Position numbers and translations under genes: made by a program. Below, piece after piece: positions 39,426 through 52,194 of a stretch of DNA of 64,000 bases; the first letter of the stretch is position 1; each line of letters starts with the position of its first letter. Origin of the DNA: Octopus sinensis (Eukaryota). The notes below the pieces were generated by a model. The model saw only the letters and a list, made by a program, of their open reading frames with translations, did not search any database and had not been told where the DNA came from. Where the stretch lies: contig NC_043004.1 of NCBI RefSeq assembly GCF_006345805.1, positions 39,556,001-39,620,000 of the forward strand, read 5' to 3'.

Positions 39426-41064
39426 AAAATGAAATATGAAAAAATGTTTTCAGCAGTTTAATGCAAGCATTTGCCACACCACCGAAGCGTATTCGTTTTC
39501 CTGAAGTACGTCACACATTGTCTTTTACTCACATAGGATGTGTTTGTTTATTACAGCTGGTTTACTTTGCTGCAAGTTTTTCCTGTAGTTTCAGCTATTA
39601 TTTTAGTATTTCCTCTGTTTGAAGTAAAGAATACGCATTGTGTAAGCGATGTTATATTATTGAATGATTGTATTTCATATTGTTGTTGTAACAGTTCTAT
39701 TATGAATTTTAATGTTGAATGCTGACTGTTCAGAATATGTGCTGAGGGTTTGTATTGTATATTCAGGTGTTGATTATACGGAATGTGAGTTGTTGTTGGT
39801 GGCGCACAGGATATGTTATAATATCGGGTGTTGCACATGTATGTGTCTTTTTTTTATTGTATGGTGATTAGGCAGAGCCTGTGTTGTGTCTGTTGTGCAG
39901 AGAGTGTTCTGTGTAAGTTGTGTTATTGAACGGAAAGTGTTTTGCGTAGAATGTGATCTTTTTCTAGCAGGTTTATTTTCCAGACTCTCTGTAAATATGT
40001 AAAACTTATATCTATAGCATGAATATTTGGCAGAGTCCCAGACACCATCTAACTGCATAGGAATCGAATCTGAGTCTCTGTGTTCAGATGTAAAAATAAA
40101 AATAGCAGAAATAGGATGCTGTCGACGATTGATGACGTCAACAAAGAACTGACCACTCTATTCAATAGACCCGCAGATGTTAAACCCATTATTCCCCAGC
40201 TTAGTAAACAAGCCTTTTTTGGACAAAAAATGTATGGAATTGACATTAAACAACTTAGTCTTTGGCGTATCTTTCCTGTGAAAGATATTGGCCATATAAA
40301 GTGCTTCAATATACAATCTGACCGGTGGCCACAGCTCAATCAAATCCGATAGCTACCGCACCTTCATCACTTTACAACGGCAACGACCTCCACCATAGTG
40401 GCCATGACACACAATTTATGGTTACTGTCCTTCTTGAAAAACGACTCACGCTGACTGCTGAACTGCTTAACTTAGTGTAAATATTTCTTTTGTCATTCAT
40501 CGTCACTGGGGCTTTATATTCTTTTTCTGTCGTCACCAGAAAATATTTGATAGTTACATATTTTGCAAATACTATCTTTTATTTTTTACTTCTTTCCGTC
40601 ATTAGACAGTGGCCATGTTGTGCAGTACTAGTAGTTCTAAAATGAATGTAGCAGTGTTATTTACTGTCTTACTACTAGTAGTAATACTCTCACTAAATTG
40701 TACATATTTCCATGATTCTATGTGTTCGTTATGTATTTATTTATCTCTATGCTATTTTTTAATTATTTCAAAGACAATCTGTCTTGAGAATAATTAGATT
40801 ATGGTAGAAAATGTCTGTTTCAAAGCTACAAATTCTATTTATCTGTATTGAATTATTTTTGTATGTGGATAACTTTTTTTCCATTTCATTGAAAGATGAA
40901 TTATCGTCAGACATGGCTTCGACTTTCATTATAAGGAATTTCATTTCGTGCTACTTTGGTCTAATATCTCGCTGATTCGAGCCGGTCTCTCTGTTTATGG
41001 ATTGGCACATCCCTGAGTATAGTTCTTTTGAAATTCTCTGATAAATTTTCCGGTATATTCAAAC

Positions 41065-41096
<32 letters not shown>

Positions 41097-41324
41097 TTTA
41101 TAATACTAACATGAATTGCAGCCTCAGTTATATCATATCTGAAGATATACTATTTCTTTGTTAAGACAGCGCAGAAAAAATATGTGGCATATGTTTTTGC
41201 TTTTGTTGAACACTTTTACGCGATGTAAACCCTATTTTTTTTTGTATTTGCGTTTCCTCCATCGACATCTTCATTGTATTTTGGCCAATAATAAAAAAAA
41301 AAAAGATTATCAAAATCATTATTA

Positions 41325-41940
41325 TTAAGACGGTGAACTGGCAGAACCGTTGGCATGCTGGGCAAAATAAAATGCTTTGCGTCGTTTCGTCTGTCTTTCG
41401 TTCTGAATCCGAATTCCGCTGAAGTCGACTTTGCCTTTCATCCCTCTCAGGGTCGATAAAATAAGTACCAGCTGAGCACTGGCGTCGATGTTATATACCC
41501 CTTCCCCAAAATTTCAGGCCTTGCGCTTATAACAGAAAGGAGTACTAATATTATAAAGGCGGTGTGCTCCCTGAATCACTATAGCGTCGGTAAAAATCCC
41601 CTGCAACATTTGTTCCAGCTCTTTACGTTTTGAGTTCAAATCGTGCCGAAGTTCAATTTACTTTTCATCCCTTGGGGATCAATGTAATTAATTAAGCGCT
41701 TCATTCAAAATTGCTGGCCTTGTGCCAAATTTTAGAAAGAATTATTATTGTTATTATTATTTAAGTGACGACCTGTTAAAATCGCCAGAATACAGGTGAA
41801 AATACTTTGCGACATTTATTGCAGATATTTACATTCTAAGTTCAAATCCCGCCGGTTAGAGTACCAATCAAGCACGGGACTCGATGACATCGCCTACTTT
41901 CCTCTCTCCTTAAAATTACTAGCTTTGTGCCTAAATCAGA
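41325..41940 (+). mobile_element. Cluster of three diverged SINE family B copies
   Basis: ggtgaactggcagaa..gtcgactttgcctttcatcc..gggtcgataaaataagtaccag, followed by two more degraded copies. Confidence 0.7.
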
Positions 41941-42533
41941 GATCATCATCACATTATTATTTCGAAAAAATTTTCTTCCGTAATTTCGTAAGAGCTTCTA
42001 CTGCATTACCTGATGCACTACCATGTTCCCGAGGCATGTGAGGCATTGTGTTCTTTTCTCAAATAAACTAGTTCTAACTGGCGAATAAACTAGTTCCACT
42101 CTATGAGTACACGAAGTTTCAAATTATTTAGTTAACTAGAAAGATCTGGGGTCCTGGCCACGATATTGAAAAGATCCAAATAGATCCAACTGTAATATCA
42201 GTTGTTTTATTTTATGCCTTCATTCTATTTTGGCCAATAATAAAAAAAAAGATTATCAAAATCTGAACTGTGCTTCTGCTTTTATATAGTATAAAAATTA
42301 GTATATGATGCATAAGTTGAGTTATTTTAGATTATTAGATGCTTGTTGTATACGGTGTGTTTTGTGTAAAGATTATGCTATTGCCCTATTCTATTGAATC
42401 GGGAATTACTCTATTGAATTGATAGTACCTTGTGTAAAATGTAGGCAGTTTCTAGCAGAACTAGTTCCCAGCGTTTCAGTTGTTGTTATTATTACTATTA
42501 ATATTATTATTATTTTTATTATTATTATTATTA

Positions 42534-42565
<32 letters not shown>

Positions 42566-42609
42566 TATTATTATTATTGGTAGTAGTAGTAGTAGTAGTG
42601 TTATCATTC

Positions 42610-42868
42610 TTGAGTGAGAGAGCAGTGCATGCCATCAAAGGGACACTGAGATAAAAATATACGAAGCCCAGTATAGCCATCATGACTACCTGTCTGATAA
42701 AGGCACACCAGGTACATGAATCACAACCCTATGTGCGCGACATAGTGATCACATATGAAGATAAACAGTGCATGACCTTGGAGGTGGGGGCCCAGTTAGA
42801 AGTTTCTTCAGGTCGAGTAGCCCGTCCCGCTCAAAAGGTACCTAAATAAGGGTTGTTTAAGGATGTTG
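42610..42868 (-). mobile_element. 3' half of the 6078-6614 element
   Basis: Reverse complement of ~6364-6614; ends next to the (TAA)n/(TAC)n tract at 42480-42600. Confidence 0.85.
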
Positions 42869-43315
42869 ACATTTTTACCTACAACGACTGGGTCAGGATG
42901 ATGTTCATAGCAGTAAGCAGGAGTACTGATTTTGTAGTGTTTACATGTTTTCCAATGTAAATACAGTCGAATACCATCGTCGCGATTTTTGTATTCGTCT
43001 GGTGTCAGTACAGGACATTCCGAGACTAGATGGACTATTGTCTCGTCAAATGTGTAGCAGAATCTGCATTTACAGTTAGAACCGTTTCGAAGAAACGTTA
43101 GCCTGGTAGTTTTTGGTTAGCAAACTTTGATCTTGTGCCGGTAATATGAAGCCTTTAGTATCTGCTTTCAGTCCCGAGATTCTCAGCCACTGATGGGTTG
43201 TTGCTTGGTATACATCAGCATTTCGGCTTCGAAGTATATACTGTCCAGGCAGATGCTTCTGGTTCTACCACTCCGCAATGTGTTTCAGCCCGTTCTTCTT
43301 TGCAGTGTCCCATCC
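42859..43315 (-). pseudogene. Decayed R4/Dong-clade (RLE) non-LTR retrotransposon, zinc-knuckle region
   Basis: Minus strand translates HLPGQY..THQWL..SGLKADTKGFILPAQDQSLLTKNYQ (frameshift) KCRFC..FDETIVHLVSECP.L...EYKNRDD...YLHWKTCKHY...YEHHP..V, the CCHC knuckle/RHD region typical of R4/Dong. Confidence 0.8.
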
Positions 43316-43493
43316 GTATGTATGTATGTATGTATGTATGTATGTATGTATGTATGTATGTATGTATGTATGTATGTATGTATGTATGTATGCATGCATA
43401 TATGTATGTATGCATGCATGTATGTATGCATACATGCATGTATGCATGCATGTATGTATGCATGCATGCATGTATGTATGCATGCATGCATGC

Positions 43494-43526
<33 letters not shown>

Positions 43527-43585
43527 TGCATGCATGCATGCATGTATGTATGTATGTATGCATACATGTATGTATGTATGTATGT
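43316..43585. repeat. (TATG)n/(CATG)n tetranucleotide array
   Basis: Direct inspection. Confidence 0.95.
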
Positions 43586-44234
43586 TTTAATTAATGCACG
43601 TTGAAATTATTATTATTGTTGTTGTTATCTCAACTTCTGCAGAATGTAGCAACATGCTTTTACGATTAAGCATGAAACACTAAAACTACTAAAGTCTATT
43701 CGCATTTCAAAGCAGAAACACAGAAACGTGGGTGTTCGCTTAGGTAATATTAATATCTTCTCTGATAACCTCTAAGACATTATACTTTGGTAGAATAGTT
43801 GGCAGCTACCTGAATTGCTGCTAGGCTACAAGCATGTCAAAAATTCCTTGAAAACGCTAGTAAATGTTACACGTTTTTATTGCGCAAAAACCACGCCAGA
43901 CTAATTATATCGTCTACTTAAAATGATGAAACATTAGAGATAAAATTAGTTTTCTGTATCTAAATTACATAATTGAAGCAAAATATTAATATTATACATT
44001 GAAGTAGCCATTTACTTCATTTTCTGTTTAGCGAGGAATTATGATGAAGTGGTGCACACATGCAGACACACGCAGACATTAACTAACATGCAAGGATGTG
44101 CGTATGTAGGTACACATACATACGGACATACATGCACACATACATATAAACATACATACATATGGACACATGCAAACATACATGCATACATATATCCACA
44201 TGTATGTATGCATATATACGTATGTATATATATG

Positions 44235-44277
<43 letters not shown>

Positions 44278-44323
44278 TATATTTATATATATATATATAT
44301 TTATATATACGTATGTATATATA

Positions 44324-44362
<39 letters not shown>

Positions 44363-44380
44363 GTTATATATATATATGTA

Positions 44381-44773
44381 CAAGCAAAACGCCCCCCGTC
44401 CAATGGACGGTGCTGAGTTGTCAAACATTTAAACCAAATTTTTTTGTGGGGGGAGGGTCTTTTAAATATACTGCATTTTGTGGCATTATTTCAAGCCAGC
44501 CGACATTTTCTGCGCAAACTGCACGTGCAGTTTTCTCGCGTACGCATAGTATCGATCGCAACAGCTGATCTACTTGCGCGTACAAATGCACGTTCCCACA
44601 GCTTTATCGATCACATTCTCACCTGGAATCGATTTTTGTAATTTTTTCAAGACTTATACACGCCCTGATACCGTCGGTATCTACATATCAAATTTGGGCG
44701 CAATCGGATGGAGGATGCCCGAGTTCCTAGAAGACACTCACAGAGACAGGCAGAATGGATTTTATATAATAGA
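44381..44773 (-). mobile_element. Non-autonomous Helitron (3' CTAG mutated to CTTG)
   Basis: Minus strand: A|TCTATTATATAAAATCC ... ccgtccattggacgg hairpin ... CTTG|T. Confidence 0.7.
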
Positions 44774-45551
44774 TGTATGCATGAATGTATGTATGTATGT
44801 GTGTTTGTGTGTGTGTGTGTTTTAGTTAGCGTACGTTGAAATTCTTGTGTAAAACTATTTAAACTCATCATTTGGAATCCAAATCTACGCTTAACCAGAA
44901 GAATGTGTTCTACATTAAGATATACATACGCCTGTACTTTCTCAACCGGATTAAAATATACTTTTATCCAGCTATTTTGATATTCAACGCAACAAATATC
45001 GCACCTACATACCAATGTTATTAATGGATCGCAAAGCTGCAATTTCTGTCTCGCAGATAAATTTCGGACCAGCCGCTACCCTATTCTAATCCAAAATAAA
45101 GAGAAATTATGTTATTTCAAACTACCGATACATTCCCAAATACTTTCTCGTAAGCACTTTAAAAGTGTTCCCCTAACGTGCGAAGAATAAATTATCTGAA
45201 ACTCTTTCTCTTCTCTCTCGCATTCTCTCCCTCTTCCTCTTTCTCCTTCTCTCTCCCTCTCTCTCTCTGCCTATGTACCAGCATACGCGCATATCATTAT
45301 ATTATACTCTACTATATTATTATATTTTATTATTTTACAAACTTACAAGATATTTCCCCTACAAAGCAGCAAATATGTCCATCAGGTTTTTGTTGTATAA
45401 GCATGCACATAAATATATACATTGGCATTTATATATACATATATAAATACACATAGACACACACACATACACACAAATATATCTATAAATACACTGGCAC
45501 ATATATACATACGCAGACGCACACACACACACGTAAATATACACATATACA

Positions 45552-45603
<52 letters not shown>

Positions 45604-45612
45604 TATAATATA

Positions 45613-45677
<65 letters not shown>

Positions 45678-45916
45678 GTATATATATGAGAGAGAGAGAG
45701 AGATGGAGAGAGGGAAAGGAGGAGAGAAGGTTATTAATGTAGATTTACATAAGGACACATTAAATTTGTATAGATTCACTTAGGCAAGAGAGCACTCATC
45801 TCACTCGAAAGTACAATCATTGAATACAAGCAAATCCTCTATAGCTCCATTTACTTTCACTTTCTGTTTTCCACACCTCTCACCGTCTCGCACTCTCTCC
45901 TTCTCCCTCTACATAC

Positions 45917-46014
<98 letters not shown>

Positions 46015-46396
46015 ATCTGTGTGTGTATGTCTGTCTGTTTGTCTAAGTCATTGCTAACTTGCTGAGTACAATAAAATATCGCAGACTCACTGAATTACGT
46101 CAAATTTTGCTCTCCAGCTAAGAATCCGTATTATAATTGTCGTTCTTCGGATTTGATTTGTGTGTTCTTTGAAATAATTGAACTCGTAAGTTAATTTTGT
46201 TCTGTGCATTAACTAGTTAAATTGTATTTCGAATAATTACTCAGTGTGTTCATCATTACATTCTGCTGACTTTAATTCGATAATTTTTTCCTATTGTATG
46301 TCACTCCCAATTTCAATGATTGTTTTGCAACAGTAGACACATAGATGTAGACGAAATAAAAATGCATTACGTGGAAGCGTAATGCATTACGTGGCA

Positions 46397-46441
<45 letters not shown>

Positions 46442-46445
46442 CAAA

Positions 46446-46610
46446 GGGAAAGTTTACGAACATAAACAAAAGACGAAGGCAGGTGGAGTACAAACAAACA
46501 AATGTATTAGTATAGCGCTCAGCAATAGAAAAAGTCTTTTACGTTTCGAGCCTATGCTCTTCGACAGAAAGATACACAGAAAAAGAGAAACAAGGAGAGA
46601 AAAAATTCGT
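46446..46610 (-). mobile_element. Short element with minimal hammerhead-like motif (46535-46572)
   Basis: Minus strand: tcttt | ctgtcga | a | gagc atag gctc | gaaa | cg | ta | aaaga; near-identical to 48706-48905. Confidence 0.7.
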
Positions 46611-46629
46611 ATATATATATACATACATA

Positions 46630-47580
46630 CAGGTATACCTCGGTTTAAGTCGTTTCGATTTAAGTTGTTCTCGATTATACATCGGTTTTGAATAATGATA
46701 TATGGAAAAATAGAAATCAAGCTGTCATTTTACTCGACTTTACCTCTGTCCGCCACAAATATTGGAATTGTAAAATCACTAGAAAGCCGTTAAAAGCACA
46801 TAAAATCATGTTACTGTACAATAAATAAGAATAAAAGCATATAAGATCATATTAAAATACGTACAGTAAATGTTAAGATACACACCATAAAGTAGTGTAG
46901 CTTAGTGAACGAAATCGTGAGTTCAACTTTGTTGTCTTATTTATCTTCTGCAGCCAATGGATCAGGGAATAATTCCTATCTCCAAGTGTTACTATATGAA
47001 GCGTACACTGCGGCAAGCAATAGCTGCAACTGATCTTAAAGAGTCCGTCACACTTTGTGAATTTTGGAAGAGATACGATATCTACAAAGCTATACAGAAT
47101 ATAGCAGCGGCATGGAATGATGTACAGAGCACGGCTATGAATGGTGTATGGAAGAAGCTATGCCAGATTTTAAGGGGTTTGATAATGGTGTCACCTATAA
47201 AACTTTGGTGACTGCGACCAAAGAACTGGAAATGGATTTGGAGGAGGAGGATTTCACAGATTTATTTGAAAAAAGACAAGCAGCCTCTGACAAACGAGGA
47301 TTTGATAGAGCTTCACGAGTAACAAAATAAGAAGAGGAACTTGAACCACGTCATTTTACCATTAAGAAAATGCTGCAAACGTTTGCATATATCGAGAAAG
47401 GTCTTTCTATGTTCAAGGATACGGATCCAAATGCTCAACGCTTTTCCAAGATAATGGGGGGGGGGCCTGTCACGAAGCTTTTGCTCCTTATAATGTAATC
47501 CTAACAGAAAATAAGAAGACAGTTCAAAGAACTCTCGACCGATTTTTTAAGTGCATCCAACAAGAAGAGCCGGAGCTGCT
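46630..47580 (+). mobile_element. Tigger/pogo DNA transposon remnant
   Basis: TA|caggtatacctcg TIR-like end; ORF 46957-47211 LQPMDQGII...K.YY...FWK..DI..AI.NI..AW..V....MNGVWKKLC is the DDE_1 C-terminal signature; frameshifts downstream. Confidence 0.85.
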
Positions 47581-47606
47581 GATGTTAACGATTCATATAA
47601 CAGGGA

Positions 47607-47742
47607 GTGACAATTATTCGGTTGCTATAATAAGACTCCGAGTTTCAGATGTCGGGGCGGAAAACTACTTCCGCATCTCGTCAGCTTTCCGCCCCGATAT
47701 CCGAAACTCGGTATCTTATTATGGCAACCGAATAATTGTCAC
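47607..47742. repeat. 136-bp imperfect palindrome (non-autonomous foldback element)
   Basis: gtgacaattattcggttgc.ataataaga..ccgagtttc.gat.tcggggcggaaa / reverse complement; ~16-nt loop. Confidence 0.85.
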
Positions 47743-48705
47743 ATATTATATTACAGATAAATTCCTCTATTTACATAATATCGAGGTCTCAGTCTGATAA
47801 TATTGGCCGGCTCAAAGTTATCTTTGCAGACAAGTGACTCCGTTCCGTCACATTTTTTTGAGACGATCTCAGAATTTTCTGAACCACAACTCCACCATGT
47901 CTATTCCCATATATTTGTCAACAAAATATGTCTATGTATGTCAACAAAATATCCTCAGGTTAACAGTTCATATGCAAATGCCACTGTTATGTATAATTAT
48001 TTGCTCTTATATTTAGGCTTCATCATCCTGTTACTTTTTGGAGAGAAAGCGTGAGAGAGAGAGAGAAAGATAAAGAGAGAGAGAAGAGAGAGAGAGAGAA
48101 AGAGAGAAAGAGAAAGAGAGAAAGAGAAAGAGAGAGAGAGACTGATATGCTAAATACAGTTTTCCTGTTGAGCGTAGGCTGCGAAAGTGTGTACGATTAT
48201 ATATACTCTCTTGCATTGGTATGTGAGAGTTAGTATGTGTATATGTACGTATACACGTGTTTGTGTGAGTGCGTGCATATTTGTGTGTGTATCCGTATTT
48301 GTGTATGTATGCGCATTTGTGTGTGTGTGTGTGTGTGTGTGTGAGTGTGTTTGTAAAGATATAATTTTACTAAAATTTACACACATGTACAGCGATGACT
48401 GAAATCCAGTCACTCTTCTGCAATTAAAACGTACAGTGTTTTTGTGCTTAACCGAATGTCTGTGTACTTTCCTGTCACTGCTTTTACACTGCATGTATGC
48501 TTATATGAACGTATGCATGTATATATGTTTTGTATGTGTTTGTGTGTCTATGTCAGACAACCAGTCTTCCATTTTCTGACAAATAAGGCGTAAGTACAAA
48601 GCGCACACACACACAAACAAATGCATTTGTATCCATTATTGGAAAACCGTGAGGAAAACGGCAAGGAAAAGAAAACACATATTATATATGTATGTATTAT
48701 GTAAC

Positions 48706-48905
48706 GGGAAAGTTTACGAAAAGAAACAAAAGACGAAGGCAGGTGGAGTACAAACAAACAAATGTATTAGTATAACGCTCAGGAATAGAAATAGAAAAAG
48801 TCTTTTACGTTTCGAGCCTACGCTCTTCGACAGAAAGATACACAGAAAAAAACAAGGAGAGAACAAGGAGAGAAAAAAATGCGTGTAGGAGCTAACGATC
48901 TATCA
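48706..48905 (-). mobile_element. Short element with minimal hammerhead-like motif (48801-48838)
   Basis: Minus strand: tcttt | ctgtcga | a | gagc gtag gctc | gaaa | cg | ta | aaaga. Confidence 0.7.
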
Positions 48906-49109
48906 TGTATTATGTATGTATTATGTATGTGTGCATATGTGTATGCATATGTGAATGTATGTACTCTTAAACATGTAAGCGTTCACATAGAATCAAATAT
49001 GAAGTAACAAAAGAAAACTTGGGATACAGGGTCTCACATTATTTTTACACGAATTCGTATATAAATGCAAAGAAATATTTGGATGTGCACGAATATATGT
49101 GTACAAGTA

Positions 49110-49282
49110 TATGGCCACTTATTTACATTATTTACGGATATTTGTTCTCATCTTGTTTGTTGTTACACAACGTTTCGGCTGATGTACCCTCCAGCCTTCT
49201 TCAGGTGTCATGGGGAAATTTCGAACCTGGATTCTCATTCCTATGGTATTTTTCGAGGTTATTATTATTATTATTATTATTA

Positions 49283-49314
<32 letters not shown>

Positions 49315-49545
49315 TATTATTATTATTATCATTATTATCATTATTATCCAGGTCACTACCTGGAATTGAACTCGGAATCTTGGGGTTAGGAGCCCGCGCT
49401 GTTAACCACTACCCCATATGCCCACGGGCATATGGGGGTAGTGGTTAAGAGAGCGGTCATATAGAGTAGTGGTTAAGAGTGCGGGCTACTAACCCCAAGA
49501 TTCCGAGTTCGATTCCAGGCAGTGACCTGAATAATAATAATGATG

Positions 49546-49582
<37 letters not shown>

Positions 49583-49760
49583 CAACAACAACAACATCGA
49601 AATATACCTTAGGAATGAGAACCCAGATTCCAAATTTCCCCAATAACCCGATGATGGCTGGAGGGTATATCAGCCGAACATTGTGTTAACAACAAACAAG
49701 ATGAGAACAAACATCCGTCAAATGTACATAATTCCTCATCTCTTAAATATAGAACTGTAT
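49110..49760. mobile_element. Head-to-head palindromic element: tRNA-like Pol III head - (AAT)n - hammerhead - tail
   Basis: Right arm: gtagtggttaa A-box-like (49466), B box gagttcgattcc (49505-49516), (AAT)n, degenerate hammerhead 49644-49687; left arm is the mirror image. Confidence 0.8.
49165..49208 (-). ncRNA. Minimal type I hammerhead ribozyme motif
   Basis: acac | ctgaaga | a | ggctg gagggtacat cagcc | gaaa | cg | tt | gtgt; AACGUU palindrome in place of stem III. Confidence 0.72.
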
Positions 49761-50483
49761 ATAAACAGTGGCTATATATCGTGCATATCCATGTATTTGT
49801 TTTCATTTATGCACGAATTTGTGTAAAAACAGAGTGCTTCACTCTGTCTCAATGTGAGACCCTGTATCGCAATCTTTCTGTTGTTCCTTTATATGTGAGT
49901 CTATGTGAACGCTTATATGTGCAACAGGATATACATTCACATATGCATGCATACATACATACATACACACACACACATACACATATACATACATACATAC
50001 ACACATACATACATACATACACACATACGTACATACATATATACACTCATACATACTTACACACATACATACATACATACATACATACATACACACATAC
50101 ATACACACATACATACATACATACATACATACACTCATACATACGTACACACATACATACATACATACATACACACATACATACATACACACATATACAC
50201 ATATGCAAACATACATACACACATACATACATACACACATGCACACATACATGCACACATACATACATACACACATATACACATATGCATACATACATAC
50301 ACACATACATACATACATACATACACACATGCATACATACACACATACATATACACACACATACATACACACATACATACATACATATTATTTGTTTTCT
50401 TTTCGTTTACTGTTTTCCTTACTACTTTCCGATAATGGATACATATGCGTGCGTGTGTGTGTGTGTGGTGTGTGTGTGTGTGT

Positions 50484-50522
<39 letters not shown>

Positions 50523-51263
50523 CATTTTATATGTGCGCCTTATTTGTCAGAAAATGGAAGATTGGTCGTCTGACATTTTGAGGCAATGTAACTTACTTGT
50601 TCCAAAAGGTTTCGTTAAAGTTTACTGAAACCGTCTTATTACTGGTGATATTATTATTATGCAAAAGTTAGCAGCAGTAAATGAAAATAGTTTTTTTGCT
50701 TATTTGTTTTGCTTTTTACAGTATCACTTGTTTTGGTATTATCTCAGTGTTTCATCCAGTAGCTTTATACATACTTAGATATATATATATCTGTGTGTGT
50801 GTGTGTGGTGTGTGTGTGTGTGTGTGTATGCATGTATATATCTATATATATGTATATATATAAATGCGTATATATATGTATATATATATGCATATATATA
50901 TGTATATATATGCATATATATATGTATATATATGCATATATATATGTATATATATATGCATATATATATGTATATATATATACATGTATATATATATATA
51001 TGTATATATGCATATATATATATATATGTATATATATACATGCATATATATATGTATATCTATATGCATATATATATATATATGTATATATATGTATATA
51101 TATGTATATATATGTATATATATGTATATATATGTATATATATATATATATGTGTATATATATGTATATATATATATATGTGTGTATATATATGTGTATA
51201 TATATATATGTATATATGTGTATATATGTATATATGTCTATATATATATATGTGTGTATATAT

Positions 51264-51327
<64 letters not shown>

Positions 51328-51875
51328 ATATATATATATAATATATATATGTATATATCTTTATATGTATATATATTTATTTATATATATATATATATAC
51401 ACGCGCGCGCGCGCGTGTGTGTAGTTCCTGATTATTGTTGCACTATTTCTCATACCCACCTCTTTTTCTGTAGTTTGATCAAATGATGGTAATTGAAGAT
51501 AACGACTGTTTATTTTGTATATCAGTCGTATACATCCATGATATTGTTTGTATTTCTTGTCTTATCACTTTTATATCAGACTCCAACAATTACTGTTCTG
51601 TACTTATCGTTTTATAATAGAATTTGCATTCTTTGTACGAACGGCTAGTTTAGCACGCTTACTGTTCACCGATGACAGCTTTCTTGGAAATTAACACTAA
51701 GCCAATAAGTTCTTGGTGCGAGATTAAACTGCACATGTAGATCTGTGTGATCTTGGTGCAGGAATGTACAATACTTGCATCAATACTTGTTTCTAAAAGT
51801 TAAGATCCTCTATTATTTGCATGTATTCTATGGCATGGTTTTTCAGAAGAATACTGTATGTTATATAGAGGTCCT

Positions 51876-52181
51876 GCGGAGTCGCAATGGCCCAGTGGTT
51901 AGGGCAGCGGATTCGCGGTCAGAGGATCGCTGTTTCTATTACCAGAACGGACGTTGTGAGTGTTTATTGAGCGAAAACACCTATAACCACCACGAGGCAG
52001 GGGGTGGTGGCGATCCCGGCTGTACTCTTTTGCCCCAACTTACTCTAGCTCTTTCTGCTGTTGGCCTACACGCTTAGCGAGCGGGGCGGCGTCATTTGAA
52101 GGCTAAAACAATGTGAAACGCATTGTGACCAGCGACGTGTAGCAACATCTGATAGCCTGGTCGGTCACGGTGATCACTGGG
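51876..52181 (+). mobile_element. tRNA-derived SINE with 13-bp TSD
   Basis: TSD atatagaggtcct at 51863-51875 and 52182-52194; head shared with 27790 but a different 3' half. Confidence 0.85.
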
Positions 52182-52194
52182 ATATAGAGGTCCT

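Larger units (their letters stand above)
48549..50577. repeat. ~2-kb inverted duplication centred on 49424/49425
   Basis: Arms pair in order: 48549-48697 with 50380-50577; 48930-49120 with 49757-49955; 49135-49423 with 49426-49720. Confidence 0.85.

Noticed and set aside
47625-47690. Minus-strand ctgacga...gaaa ctcggag tc within the small palindrome
   Set aside because: No stem I pairing and the palindrome arms dominate folding; likely coincidence
49458-49530. Functional tRNA gene
   Set aside because: Has A/B boxes but no complete acceptor stem; it is an element head, as are the other tRNA-like SINE heads
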